A DNA stretch of 64,000 bases from Candidatus Eiseniibacteriota bacterium (lineage in GTDB: Bacteria > Eisenbacteria > RBG-16-71-46). The notes below the pieces were generated by a model that saw nothing but the letters and a program-made list of their open reading frames with translations, did not search any database and was not told the origin of the DNA. The first letter of the stretch is position 1; each line of letters opens with the position of its first letter. The stretch lies in contig CAVSAC010000012.1 in NCBI GenBank assembly GCA_963725865.1, positions 320,001 through 384,000 of the forward strand, written 5' to 3'. Of the stretch, positions 47,752-59,271 are shown piece by piece. A program made the position numbers and the translations under genes.

Positions 47752-48267
47752 TCATGACCGTCCCGAACTCCCGCCCAGGGTGACGAGAAGCTCGTCCAGT
47801 TGCTCGAATGTCTCTCCCATCGCATCCGCCGCCCCGGTGCCGGCGGCGTCGAGAGCTTCCTTCGAGGGATATAGCTCGTGCATGACCAGCAACGTCGTGC
47901 CGCCTTTTTCCGCGAAGGTCACCGTGGTGACCTGACCCTCGTCACTCTCCTCATTGGTCCAGACGAGGCGCGAGTGCGGTGTTACTTCCTTGTATGTGCC
48001 GAAGAACGCCATCTGTGAGTCCCCGTGTGCGAACTCCAAACGGTACCTGCCCCCGACACGAGCATCCATTTCGCAGGAAAGCAGGGACATTCCCATCGAC
48101 TTCGGCACCCACCACTGCCTGAACAGCTCGGGCTTGGTCCATGCCTCGAACACGAGGCGCGCCGGGCCGTTGAAGGTTCGCGTGACGACGAGCTCACGCT
48201 CGGACTTCCGCTCCACCGTCGTACGGGTCTTCATGGGGGCAGCCTCACTCTCTCTTCTTGCGTCCAT
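47752..48267 (-). CDS. SRPBCC/AHSA1 family protein
   Basis: ELVVTRTFNGPARLVFEAWTKPEL..WW..DARVGGRYR..G.Y.EV.PHSRLVWT. Confidence 0.92.
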   Translation of the reverse strand: MDARRESEAAPMKTRTTVERKSERELVVTRTFNGPARLVFEAWTKPELFRQWWVPKSMGMSLLSCEMDARVGGRYRLEFAHGDSQMAFFGTYKEVTPHSRLVWTNEESDEGQVTTVTFAEKGGTTLLVMHELYPSKEALDAAGTGAADAMGETFEQLDELLVTLGGSSGRS

Positions 48268-48610
48268 CGACCTTCTCCTTCCGTTTCAGTTCCTCGACGA
48301 CCTTGTCCAATTCGTCGAAACGTGAGTCCCAGACCTGGTGGTACCTCTTGAGCCACGCCGTCTCTTCCTCGAATCGGCGCATGCCGAGCTTGCAGGTCCG
48401 CACACGACCGACCTTCTCCGTGGTGACGAGTCCGGCTCGCTCCAGAATGCCGACGTGCTTCTTCATGCCCGTGAGGGTCATGTCGAACGTTTCGGCAAGG
48501 TCCGTGATCGAAGCATCGGAACGCCCGAGCTGCTCCAGGACACCGCGTCGTGTGGCATCCGAGAGCGCGGCGAACGAGGCATCGAGGCGGGCCCGCGCAT
48601 ACTGAACCAT
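48245..48610 (-). CDS. ArsR/SmtB family transcriptional regulator
   Basis: FAALSDATRRGVLEQL..ASITDLA..MKKHVGILERAGLV..EKVGRVR. Confidence 0.92.
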   Translation of the reverse strand: MVQYARARLDASFAALSDATRRGVLEQLGRSDASITDLAETFDMTLTGMKKHVGILERAGLVTTEKVGRVRTCKLGMRRFEEETAWLKRYHQVWDSRFDELDKVVEELKRKEKVDGRKKRE

Positions 48611-48620
48611 GCGGTTCAGT
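48601..48620. promoter_or_regulatory. Palindromic operator overlapping the arsR start codon
   Basis: ACTGAACC-ATGC-GGTTCAGT, perfect 8-bp inverted repeat. Confidence 0.65.
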
Positions 48621-48923
48621 GTGGCACACGGACCGACAGTATGCAAGGGGGCGGCGGGCGTTAGCTTCTGACGGGCATTGGTGCCTCGGCCGGGAGCGCG
48701 CGAACTCGCGCAATGACTCGAGTTCGGCGAGACACAAGCTCGTTTCGGACTTCTCGAGGAGGGCAGGCTGCCGGTCGCCGCGCACTGTGTCAGAACTGTG
48801 CGAGAACCATCGGCGAACACCGGCCATCATCGGTCCTGATCGGTAACATGCCCCTTGGCCATGTTCGCCAATCCCAACACCTAGTGCCCGATCGCGACCC
48901 ATGGTCTCGCTGTTGAGCCAGCA

Positions 48924-49160
48924 TTCAACTTCCAGTGGAGTTGGTCGAGCGGGACGGTCGCCGGGAGAGCGGCGGCGGCGCGCTGAAGGCGGGGGCACCG
49001 CCGGTGAAGTACGCCCAGCCGAGATGCCATGGCAGCCACGCAGGGACCATCGCGACGGTCCGCTCGACAAAGGTGAAGTGGGCGATGCCGAATGGGACCA
49101 AGCCCAGGCCGAAGAGCACTCTGGCGATCGCCATACCCCGCTCGCCGGTGACGAGGCCCG
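48924..49160. pseudogene. Remnant: displaced HI0933 3' end fused to an internal DoxX fragment
   Basis: Copy of 36349-36425 joined to a copy of 36711-36878 through shared GGGCACCG. Confidence 0.85.
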
Positions 49161-49177
49161 CAACCTGCGAGGCTCGC

Positions 49178-51670
49178 TCAGCGCGTCAACACCACGCGTC
49201 GCGCGATCGAGCGGTCGTCGGCGTCGAGCCGGTAGAAATAGAGGCCCGGGGGACTGCGGCGACCCTCGGAGTCGGTGCCGTCCCAGCTCGCCGCGTGGGT
49301 GCCGGGCCCGAACTCGCCATCTGCGAGCACGCGCACCCGGCGCCCCGCGAGGTCGTGGATCGTGAGTCGTGCGTGCCCCGCGCGCTCGAGCGAGAACTCG
49401 ATGCGCGAGGTGCCGCGCGCGGGATTGGGCCAGGAGTCGCTCAACGAGAGGCCGGTGACGCCGCGCGGCGGGTCGACCGCGAGCACGCCGTCGTTGTAGC
49501 GGATCCAGTACGGCGACTGGACGCCCGAGGCCGAGCGCTGGAAGTCGCCGCCGATCTCCAGGACGCTCCCGAGCGGCGCAAGCGAGTAGACGGGGCCGTC
49601 GACCCCGCCCGAGTAGTCGACCCACGCAGAGCCGTTCCACATCGCGAGGCGCCCGTAGTCGGTCGTGCTCGACAGCATGAACGTGCCGCCCGCGTAGAGA
49701 TTGCCATCGTACATCGCGAGCGCGTAGGGCACGCCCAGCGAGAACCCGCTGCCCATGGGCGACCACGCGCCGGTGGAGTGGTCGCGGATCGCGACGCCCG
49801 CGGCGGCCACGCCGCCGATGCTCGTGAACGATCCGGCCGCCACGATGTCGCCGTCGAGGTCCGCGAGCGCGTAGACCGGGCCGTCCGCGTAGGCGACCAC
49901 ATTGAGCGTCGTGCCGTCCCAGGTCGAGACGCCATTGTCTGGCGGTAGAAACGGCTTGCCGCCCCGGGCGCCGCCGATGACGAGCTGGCCGTTCACCACG
50001 GCCAGCGCGTGGATTGCGGGGAAGTCGCCGACGCCGAGGTCGGCCCACCCGCCGCTGCCGTATCTCGCGAGGTGGTGGAGCGTGGTCGCGCCCGAGCTCG
50101 AAGCGGTGAAGCTCCCCGCGGCGTAGAGCGAGCCGCCGTAGTTCGCGAGGGCGTTGACCGTGTTGTTGAAGCCGTTCCCGAGCGCGCTCCAGCCCGCGAT
50201 GTACGAAAACGCCGCGATGTTGTGCGCGCTGAGGCCGCCCGCCTGTGAGAACGACCCGCCCACGATGACGTAGCTGCCCGTGAAGATATCGAACGCGTGG
50301 AGCGTGATCGCTCGGATCGGCCCGTCGGTGCCGTTCGGCGAGCCCAGCGATCCGAGGCCACTGACGCTCGTGCCGTCGCTGCCGAAGCCGTGCTCGATCG
50401 TCGCGCCGCCCCAGTCAAACTGGAAATCGCCGCCGGCGTAGATGCCGGTTCCGGCCGAGTACATCGCGAGCACCGGCGCGTCGATGCCGGCGCTGAACGG
50501 CAGCCACGCGCTGCCGTTCCAGCGCGCGATGCCGTAGGCCGTAGTGCCGGAGGCGGCGTCGAACTCTCCCATCGCGACCAATTGGCCGTCGTACGACGCC
50601 AAGGCCTCCACGCCGCCGAACTGCCCGCCGTTCGCGACGTGGATGCCGCCGGCCATGTCGGACCACTGCGTGCCGTTCCACTGGGCGACGTTTTGGACGG
50701 CCGCACCGTCGGCGGTGCCGATCACCCCGCCGGCGACCAGGACGCCGTTGGACGTCGCGAGCGACGTCACCTGGCAGCCCGCGGGGCCGAGGCCACCACC
50801 CATGGGAACCCACTGCGTCCCGCTCCATCGCGCCACGCCGTACATGGTCGTGCCGGTGAAGAAGTGCGTGAACTCGCCGCCGCACACCAGATCATCGTTG
50901 TACGAAGTCAGCGTGAGGATGCTGTGGTCGGCCAGGTTCCCGAAGCGTGTCCACACATTCGTGTCGTAGCGATACACGCCGGGAACGCCCGCGGTCGTGG
51001 CGGCGAAGAGCTGGGTGTTGATCTCCGCGAGTTGGCTGATGGGCGCTTGGGTCGCCAGTCCCGCGGTGAGCGTGACGCCGTCCCACGTGGCGAACGAGGT
51101 CCAGGTACCGGTGCTCGCCGGCACGAACGTGCCGCCGATGCAGAGCACCCCGCCGTGCACGACGAGGGAGTTGACCGACCCGTTCGGGTTGCCCGGATTG
51201 CCCGCGCCGGTCATACCGGTGCCGAGCGGCTGCCAGTGCGAGCCGTCCCAGCGCGCGACGTTGTTCACGACATCCGCGCCGATCCTGGTGAAGGTACCGC
51301 CGACGTAGAGCTGACCGTTGTAGACCCCGAGCGAGCGGATCGAGCCGCTGGCCAGCCCCCCGAACGAAATGAACGAGGAGCCGTCCCAGGCCTGGAGCCC
51401 GCCCCCCGCGGCGACCACGAGCAGGGCCGGCCCCGGCCCGGCGCCGTCCGGATCCCAGATCGTCGCACACTGGCCGTACCGAAAACTGCCGAATCCGTTC
51501 TGTCCGTGCGCGGGACCGACGGTGAAGCCCGGGTACTCGGCGCGGGCCGACGTGCCCGCGAGAGTCGCGAGGAGAAGAGCGGCCGCGGCCGCGGCGGCCC
51601 GGCGAAGCCGGGGGCTCACGCATCGCGACGTCGTGAAGACGGAACGGAGTGCTCGGTGTGAACTGGACAT
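49178..51670 (-). CDS. Large secreted beta-propeller repeat protein with C-terminal FlgD-Ig/CTD-like domain
   Basis: About 12 repeats of [V.AL..Y.G.LY.GG.F......IARW.G..W..LG.G]; signal peptide; [30 protein letters not shown]. Confidence 0.88.
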   Translation of the reverse strand: MSSSHRALRSVFTTSRCVSPRLRRAAAAAAALLLATLAGTSARAEYPGFTVGPAHGQNGFGSFRYGQCATIWDPDGAGPGPALLVVAAGGGLQAWDGSSFISFGGLASGSIRSLGVYNGQLYVGGTFTRIGADVVNNVARWDGSHWQPLGTGMTGAGNPGNPNGSVNSLVVHGGVLCIGGTFVPASTGTWTSFATWDGVTLTAGLATQAPISQLAEINTQLFAATTAGVPGVYRYDTNVWTRFGNLADHSILTLTSYNDDLVCGGEFTHFFTGTTMYGVARWSGTQWVPMGGGLGPAGCQVTSLATSNGVLVAGGVIGTADGAAVQNVAQWNGTQWSDMAGGIHVANGGQFGGVEALASYDGQLVAMGEFDAASGTTAYGIARWNGSAWLPFSAGIDAPVLAMYSAGTGIYAGGDFQFDWGGATIEHGFGSDGTSVSGLGSLGSPNGTDGPIRAITLHAFDIFTGSYVIVGGSFSQAGGLSAHNIAAFSYIAGWSALGNGFNNTVNALANYGGSLYAAGSFTASSSGATTLHHLARYGSGGWADLGVGDFPAIHALAVVNGQLVIGGARGGKPFLPPDNGVSTWDGTTLNVVAYADGPVYALADLDGDIVAAGSFTSIGGVAAAGVAIRDHSTGAWSPMGSGFSLGVPYALAMYDGNLYAGGTFMLSSTTDYGRLAMWNGSAWVDYSGGVDGPVYSLAPLGSVLEIGGDFQRSASGVQSPYWIRYNDGVLAVDPPRGVTGLSLSDSWPNPARGTSRIEFSLERAGHARLTIHDLAGRRVRVLADGEFGPGTHAASWDGTDSEGRRSPPGLYFYRLDADDRSIARRVVLTR

Positions 51671-51995
51671 GAGACCTCCCGGGTCGGTGGCCGGGTCCGC
51701 GTGGCGGACGCCAGGGCCGCTTCGGCGGCACGTCGCGGTGCTCTCTGCTCTAGAACGGTCGAGCGGGGCGGGCCGAACAGGAGGTTGGGGGGCCGGCATG
51801 CCCGAGAGCCCACCGGGACCGCCGAAAAGACCGTCTGCTCTGGCTGAGAACTGTCCGCAAACGGGGCCAACGTCAAAGCGCGTTGGCGGCTTCTTGCGCA
51901 AGCGATCAATGACCACATCGCGCGCGCTCTCGGGAGTCGCTAGCCGGCTTCATTCAGCCCGCATGAAGGCTGTTCGATCCTCATCCCCCCTCGCC

Positions 51996-54482
<2,487 letters not shown>

Positions 54483-54663
54483 GGGCGCGGAGAGTCGCAA
54501 ACATGCGGCGGGCTGTCGAGGGATTCCTGCGGATTTGGCGGGCGTGGGGTGCCGCGGGCGGGCGCCGCTTGGCGCCGGCTTGCGCCCTCGCGTAGCTTCT
54601 CCCGCCATTGCGGATCGGGCACGCCGCGGCCCACGGCACTGCGCACCTCTGGGAGCTCTGCCC

Positions 54664-55173
54664 ATGTCCCTCGCCCCGCGTCGCTTGTTCTCCATCGCCG
54701 CCATCCTCCTCCTCATCTCGGTCGGAGGCTGGATCTACGTCCACAGCCTGGTCCCCGCGATCCACCCGGACCACGACCACGGACTCGAGAACCTCGCGGG
54801 CGGCGGCTTCCTGCGCGTGGAGCGCGTCGAGGGCGGCACGCGCAACCTTGTCGGCCGCCCCGGGGGCGTGCTGATCCTGCACTGGTTCGAGCTGGGCTCG
54901 CCGGCGGCCGTGGGCGAGTTGGCCTCGCTGGTCGACTACGCACGGCGGGTGGCGGACGATCGCGACATCGAGGTGGTTCTGATCGCGATGGGGAAGCAGC
55001 GCGCGCAGATCCTCGAGTGGGCCCGCGCGCACGGGGTGCCGACCGCGGGCCTCTACGTCGACTCCCAGTCGAAGGCGGCGGGCCTGATCGGCGTCCGCCG
55101 CAGCCCCGAGGCGCCGATCTACGGCTGCAGCTTCTTGCTCGCGCTCAGGACGTTCTGGATGACCTCGTTGTAG
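54664..55173 (+). CDS. Membrane-anchored TlpA/redoxin-like thioredoxin-fold protein lacking CxxC, possibly 3'-truncated
   Basis: N-terminal TM; GGVLILHWFELGSPAAVGELASL..IEVVLIA..LYVD......IGVRRSPE follows TlpA topology. Confidence 0.6.
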   Translation: MSLAPRRLFSIAAILLLISVGGWIYVHSLVPAIHPDHDHGLENLAGGGFLRVERVEGGTRNLVGRPGGVLILHWFELGSPAAVGELASLVDYARRVADDRDIEVVLIAMGKQRAQILEWARAHGVPTAGLYVDSQSKAAGLIGVRRSPEAPIYGCSFLLALRTFWMTSL

Positions 55174-56000
55174 TAGGGCTTCTCCTTCAGGCTCGCGTAG
55201 GCGCCCGGGAACAGCACCAGGGTCAGGTCCGCCGATTCATCGGAGAAGCTGTTGAGCACCACCGCGCAGCGCTGGCCCCGGTCGAGGCGGGTGTTGTCGA
55301 TCATCGGGAAGTCGAAGTAGCTGACGCTGAACGTCGCGGTCTTGGTCTGGCGGCCCAGCGTGGAGTCCGGCGTCTCGATCGTGAGCCCGAGCTGGATCTC
55401 CCGGTTCTTGCGGTCCACGCCCAGCACGTCGATCGAGAACGTGGTCTGCAGGTCCTCCAGCGTCAGCACGGCCCCCTGGAGCGTGGTGCCCTCCGGGTCG
55501 CTCGTCAGGTCCACGGTGCGGTCCACCTTCCTGCCGACGCCCTCCAGCACGATCATCTGTTTGCGCGCGATCTCGCGCGCGACGCGCTCCAGGCGGGCCT
55601 GGTACTCCGCGAGCTCCGCCGGCGTCGACCGGCCCTCGCCCTTGGCGATCCGCCGCTTCAGATCGAGGAACAGCGGCTTCAGGTTGAGCGACTCGTGGAA
55701 GTTGTAGGCGAGCAGCTCCAGGTTCAGCACGTCCGAGCTCAGGTCCCCGCCGGCCGGCTTGAGGAACGAGCTGATGATGGAGACAAACATGTCCTTGCGC
55801 AGCGCGCTCTCGGATTCCTCGCGCCGGCTCATCAACTCGGAATAGAGCCGCGTGTTGGTCTCGATGGCCTGGCGGCGGTTCAGGAAGTCGGACGAGAAGT
55901 AGCCGAGCAGCGCGATGGCGACCGCCGTCAGCAGCCCGCCGACGGGCTGCAGGATGATGGCGAGCTTGTCCCAGAAGTCGCGCTTGCCCTCGTGAGTCAC
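55119..56000 (-). CDS. Hypothetical membrane-anchored protein
   Basis: KRDFWDK then a TM helix, helical middle and beta-rich C-terminus; strong GC3 codon bias. Start 56000 or 56006. Confidence 0.75.
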   Translation of the reverse strand: MTHEGKRDFWDKLAIILQPVGGLLTAVAIALLGYFSSDFLNRRQAIETNTRLYSELMSRREESESALRKDMFVSIISSFLKPAGGDLSSDVLNLELLAYNFHESLNLKPLFLDLKRRIAKGEGRSTPAELAEYQARLERVAREIARKQMIVLEGVGRKVDRTVDLTSDPEGTTLQGAVLTLEDLQTTFSIDVLGVDRKNREIQLGLTIETPDSTLGRQTKTATFSVSYFDFPMIDNTRLDRGQRCAVVLNSFSDESADLTLVLFPGAYASLKEKPYYNEVIQNVLSASKKLQP

Positions 56001-56002
56001 GG

Positions 56003-56362
56003 TCACTTCCTGCGCAGGCTCAGCGCGCCGTCCTTCTTCTCGAGCACCAGGTCGTAGCGCGTGGCCTCCTTGTACGAGAACAGCTCCAGCACGGCCGTCT
56101 GCTTCTGGTACACGATCGTGAGGATGCACTTGCCCGGCTCCTTCACCATGAGCTTGTAGGAGCCGAACTGGTCGGTGGCCGTGGAGTCGGCAGTGGGCGC
56201 GGCCTTGGCGCCGCCGGCCGGGGCGCGCGCGATCTTCACCGGGACGCCGGCGGGCACGGGCTTGCCGTCCAGTCGGATGTCACCGAAGACGCGTCCCGCC
56301 AGGGCGCTGGCGGGAAGGCAGAGCGCGAACAGGATGAACAGGCCGATGCTGCGGTAGCGCAT
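56003..56362 (-). CDS. Small secreted protein (carboxypeptidase-regulatory/prealbumin-like fold)
   Basis: AAGGAG RBS; signal peptide; G.I.LDGKPVP..TDQFGSYKL.V.EPG. Confidence 0.7.
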   Translation of the reverse strand: MRYRSIGLFILFALCLPASALAGRVFGDIRLDGKPVPAGVPVKIARAPAGGAKAAPTADSTATDQFGSYKLMVKEPGKCILTIVYQKQTAVLELFSYKEATRYDLVLEKKDGALSLRRK

Positions 56363-56671
56363 GATCTGGCTCCTTCGTCGGACCGAAGCCCGCCGGGGAG
56401 CGGCTCCGGACGCTCCCACGCGGATCGGGTGGGAGCGCCGCAGAGTAGCGCCAACGCCGGCGGATGCGCCAGCCGGGCGCCGCCGGCCCGCCCGGCCAGG
56501 CGATGCCTTCACATCGATTCGCGACGAGGGTCATCCAACCTCTTCATTCCAGCCCGGTCGGCCGCCCATGCGTACTGTGTTGCCGACCCTCATCGGCGCC
56601 GCGCATGAATCGTCCCACCTACAGCGGCGCCGGCTCCGGTACACGCCGTCGCGCCGACAAGGAGCCTCCGG

Positions 56672-57931
56672 ATGGGCGTTCCCTTTCGACCCGCGGTCCT
56701 CGCTCTTGCCCTGCTCGCCGTCGCGTCTCCGGTCGGGGCGCAGTGGAGCCAGGTCCCCGAGCTGCCCACCTCCAACGTGTTCTCGGTGCGGGTGAGCGGC
56801 GACACCATCCTCGCGGGTGTCGACACCTGCGTCTTCATCAGCACCGACGCCGGCGCGGGGTGGAAGCGGTCGGCGAAGCCGGTGGCGGGCGTGACGTCGA
56901 TCCAGGCTCTGTTGATGCGGAACGGGCGGCTCTACGCCGGCACGTTCGGCCAGGGCGTGTTCGTCAGCGACGACCTGGGAGACACGTGGCAAGCGTTCAG
57001 CCAGGGCCTCGTGGGCGGCGTGCTCAACTCGCAGCTCTTCCTCTCGGACTTCGTGGTGCGCGGCGACAGCCTGTTTGGGGCCACGCTGGGCGCGGGCGTC
57101 TACATGCGCGGGCTGGCGTCCGCGGACACGTGGCATCACTTCGGCGAGGAGTTCGAGCCCAACCAGGCGTCGAACGTCGACGGGCTCGCGCTCGGCGGCA
57201 CTCGACTCATGGCGGCGGCGGGCGGCAACGGCACGGTGCTCTTCCGCGATCCGGGCGATGCCGACTGGACGGTCTCCGAGCTGGGCAACATCGGGCTCCT
57301 GCCGGGCATCCAGGCGCGGGCCGCGGTGTTCACCGGCACCGGCTGGGTCGTGGGCACGAACACAGGCATCTTCCACAGCGTCGGCGGCCAGGAGCCGTGG
57401 TCGTTCACGGACCTCGGGCTCGGCCCCATGGGCAACGAGGCCTTCGCGACGCGCGGGCATCGGCTGTTCGCGGCATTCGACACTCCGCTCGCCGCCGTGA
57501 TCGAGCACAGCGGCGACGACGGCGCCACCTGGGAGCCGCTGGAGAGCCTGCCGCTGGTCTTCGTCTACAAGCTCGCGATGAGCGGCGACGAACTCTACGC
57601 CGGCCGTGCCGACGGGCTGTGGCGCCGCTCGACAGCGACCGTCTCGGTGCCGGGTGGCGGCGAGCGCGGCCGCCTGCGATTCGCCCTCGCCGGGCCGCAG
57701 CCCGCGCACGACGTCGTGCGCCTGCGATTCGAGCTGCCGCAGGCGGGGCTGGCGTCGATCGACGTGTTCGATGTCTCCGGCCGGCGCGTGGCGGACGTCA
57801 CCCGCGGAACGTGGTCGGCGGGTGCGCACGAAGTGGCGTGGGACGCGCATGACTTCGGCCCGGGCGTGTTCGAGGCGCGCCTGACAGCGCCAGGTGCGCA
57901 CGAGGTCGTCCGGATCGTGCACATCCGGTAG
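56672..57931 (+). CDS. Secreted BNR/Asp-box beta-propeller protein with C-terminal FlgD-Ig/CTD-like domain
   Basis: STDAGAGW, SDDLGDTW and SGDDGATW Asp-boxes; PQP..FDVSGRRVA..WDA..PGVF. Confidence 0.85.
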   Translation: MGVPFRPAVLALALLAVASPVGAQWSQVPELPTSNVFSVRVSGDTILAGVDTCVFISTDAGAGWKRSAKPVAGVTSIQALLMRNGRLYAGTFGQGVFVSDDLGDTWQAFSQGLVGGVLNSQLFLSDFVVRGDSLFGATLGAGVYMRGLASADTWHHFGEEFEPNQASNVDGLALGGTRLMAAAGGNGTVLFRDPGDADWTVSELGNIGLLPGIQARAAVFTGTGWVVGTNTGIFHSVGGQEPWSFTDLGLGPMGNEAFATRGHRLFAAFDTPLAAVIEHSGDDGATWEPLESLPLVFVYKLAMSGDELYAGRADGLWRRSTATVSVPGGGERGRLRFALAGPQPAHDVVRLRFELPQAGLASIDVFDVSGRRVADVTRGTWSAGAHEVAWDAHDFGPGVFEARLTAPGAHEVVRIVHIR

Positions 57932-57983
57932 GCCGAAGGCCGCGCGTGGTGCGCGCGACACGCGCCACGACGACGCGATTCCT

Positions 57984-58016
57984 GGCGGCCCCGGTGCCTC
58001 GTGCGCCGGGGCCGCC
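57984..58016. terminator. Hairpin between convergent genes
   Basis: GGCGGCCCCGGTGC-CTCGT-GCGCCGGGGCCGCC. Confidence 0.5.
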
Positions 58017-58039
58017 TCGCTGCTCCAACCGCTCCGCGT

Positions 58040-58351
58040 CTAGCCCTCGATCTTGTAGATCTCGCGCTTACCCTGGTCCACCAGCTCGTGGTAGCCCTGC
58101 ATGATCTTCTCGAACTCTTTGCCGGTCGCCTCGTCCATGCCCTGTCCGGCCATCATGTCCTCGAACGCCTTGAGGCTCGCCACTTCCATCTCGGCGACCA
58201 CGGTCCAGTAGCGCTCCGCGCAGATGTCGGTCGAGATGCGCATCTTGCTCATGCCCGCCTTCTCGCCGAGCTTGGACATGGCAAGGAACTTCTCGACCAG
58301 CGGGCGGACCTTGCCGGGCTTGCAGTACATGACCTCGCGAACGATCAGCAT
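58040..58351 (-). CDS. Small NIPSNAP/dimeric alpha+beta barrel-like protein
   Basis: GGAGG RBS; MLIVREVMYCKPGK..TD..YWTVVAEMEV.SL..YHELVDQGKREIYKIE. Confidence 0.75.
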   Translation of the reverse strand: MLIVREVMYCKPGKVRPLVEKFLAMSKLGEKAGMSKMRISTDICAERYWTVVAEMEVASLKAFEDMMAGQGMDEATGKEFEKIMQGYHELVDQGKREIYKIEG

Positions 58352-58439
58352 GATGCCTCCGAGAGTGGTGAGGGGTGGCACGGCGTGCGGCCCGGCAGGG
58401 CGCCGTGCGGGGAGTGGACGATGAGGTGCTCACGCGGCC

Positions 58440-59120
58440 GTGGTGGATCGCTCGCCCGCGGCGAGCGGATCGTGATTCGCGCCGCCGCAGGGCCGAGCGC
58501 GCGGCGGATTCTAGCGCAAGCCGGCCGCGATGGAGCGGCTTTCCGTGGCGGCCGCGGCCGTGGTGCGGCGCCGCGGGGAAGGGGCCCGCGTCGCGCACGC
58601 CGTCACGGGCGGGTCGCGGGGTTCGGGCGCTCCACGTCGGCGAAGTGGCTCAGCAGGAATCAGGTCGGGAACGCGCGAACAGTCGCGCGGCGGAACGCGC
58701 GGCACTCGAGGCGCATCCACCACGCGACGCGCGGGGAGCCACCGCACGTCCAGCGCGCCGGCGCATGTTCCACATCAGCAGCCCGACGTCGAGGTTCTGC
58801 GGATCGAACTGCGCGGTGGCCCAGCGCTGGCCCCAGGCGCCGAGCCGATCGAGCACCTCGCGGAACTCCTCCGCCGCCGGGGTGGGCGCGTACTCGCGGC
58901 CGCGGCCGCGCGGCAGCGGCCGGCTCTCGATCAGGCCCGCGTCTTCGAGCGAGCGCAGTCGCTGCGTCAGGAGCGTGCGCGAGATCAGCGGGAGGCCCTG
59001 GCGGAGCGCGTTGAACCGGCGCGAGCCGGCCAGCAGCTCGCGCAGGATCAGCGGCGTCCAGCGCTCGGCGACGATCTCGCTCGCCACCGCGATCGGGCAG
59101 AACTGTCCGTAGCCTTTCAT
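58440..59120 (-). pseudogene. HxlR-family winged-helix regulator with degraded C-terminal half (3' end approximate)
   Basis: YGQFCPIAVASEIVAERWTPLILRELLAGSRRFN..LLMWNMRRR is intact; downstream homology breaks across frames. Confidence 0.75.
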
Positions 59121-59271
59121 GACGACCGACGGTAGGCAGCCCGCGGCCGGGCGGCAAGTCCATTCATTGGACTAGCCACCGCCGCGGCCGACCGGCAGTA
59201 TGCGGCCCTCGCCGGCGCGCATCGGACGCCGGCACCAAGCCGGCCGCGCCACGAAGAAGGGAGGCTGTCTC

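Larger units (their letters stand above)
47559..48935. mobile_element. Small cassette bounded by 12-bp direct repeats TTCAACTTCCAG (att-like), carrying ArsR and SRPBCC; no integrase
   Basis: Repeat at 47559-47570 and 48924-48935; the original HI0933 3' end resumes after the right copy. Confidence 0.6.

Noticed and set aside
46934..49160. Duplication as a pure assembly artefact
   Set aside because: The copies differ by scattered substitutions, a recoded tail, an insertion at a 12-bp core and a microhomology deletion. A strain chimera cannot be fully excluded without reads.
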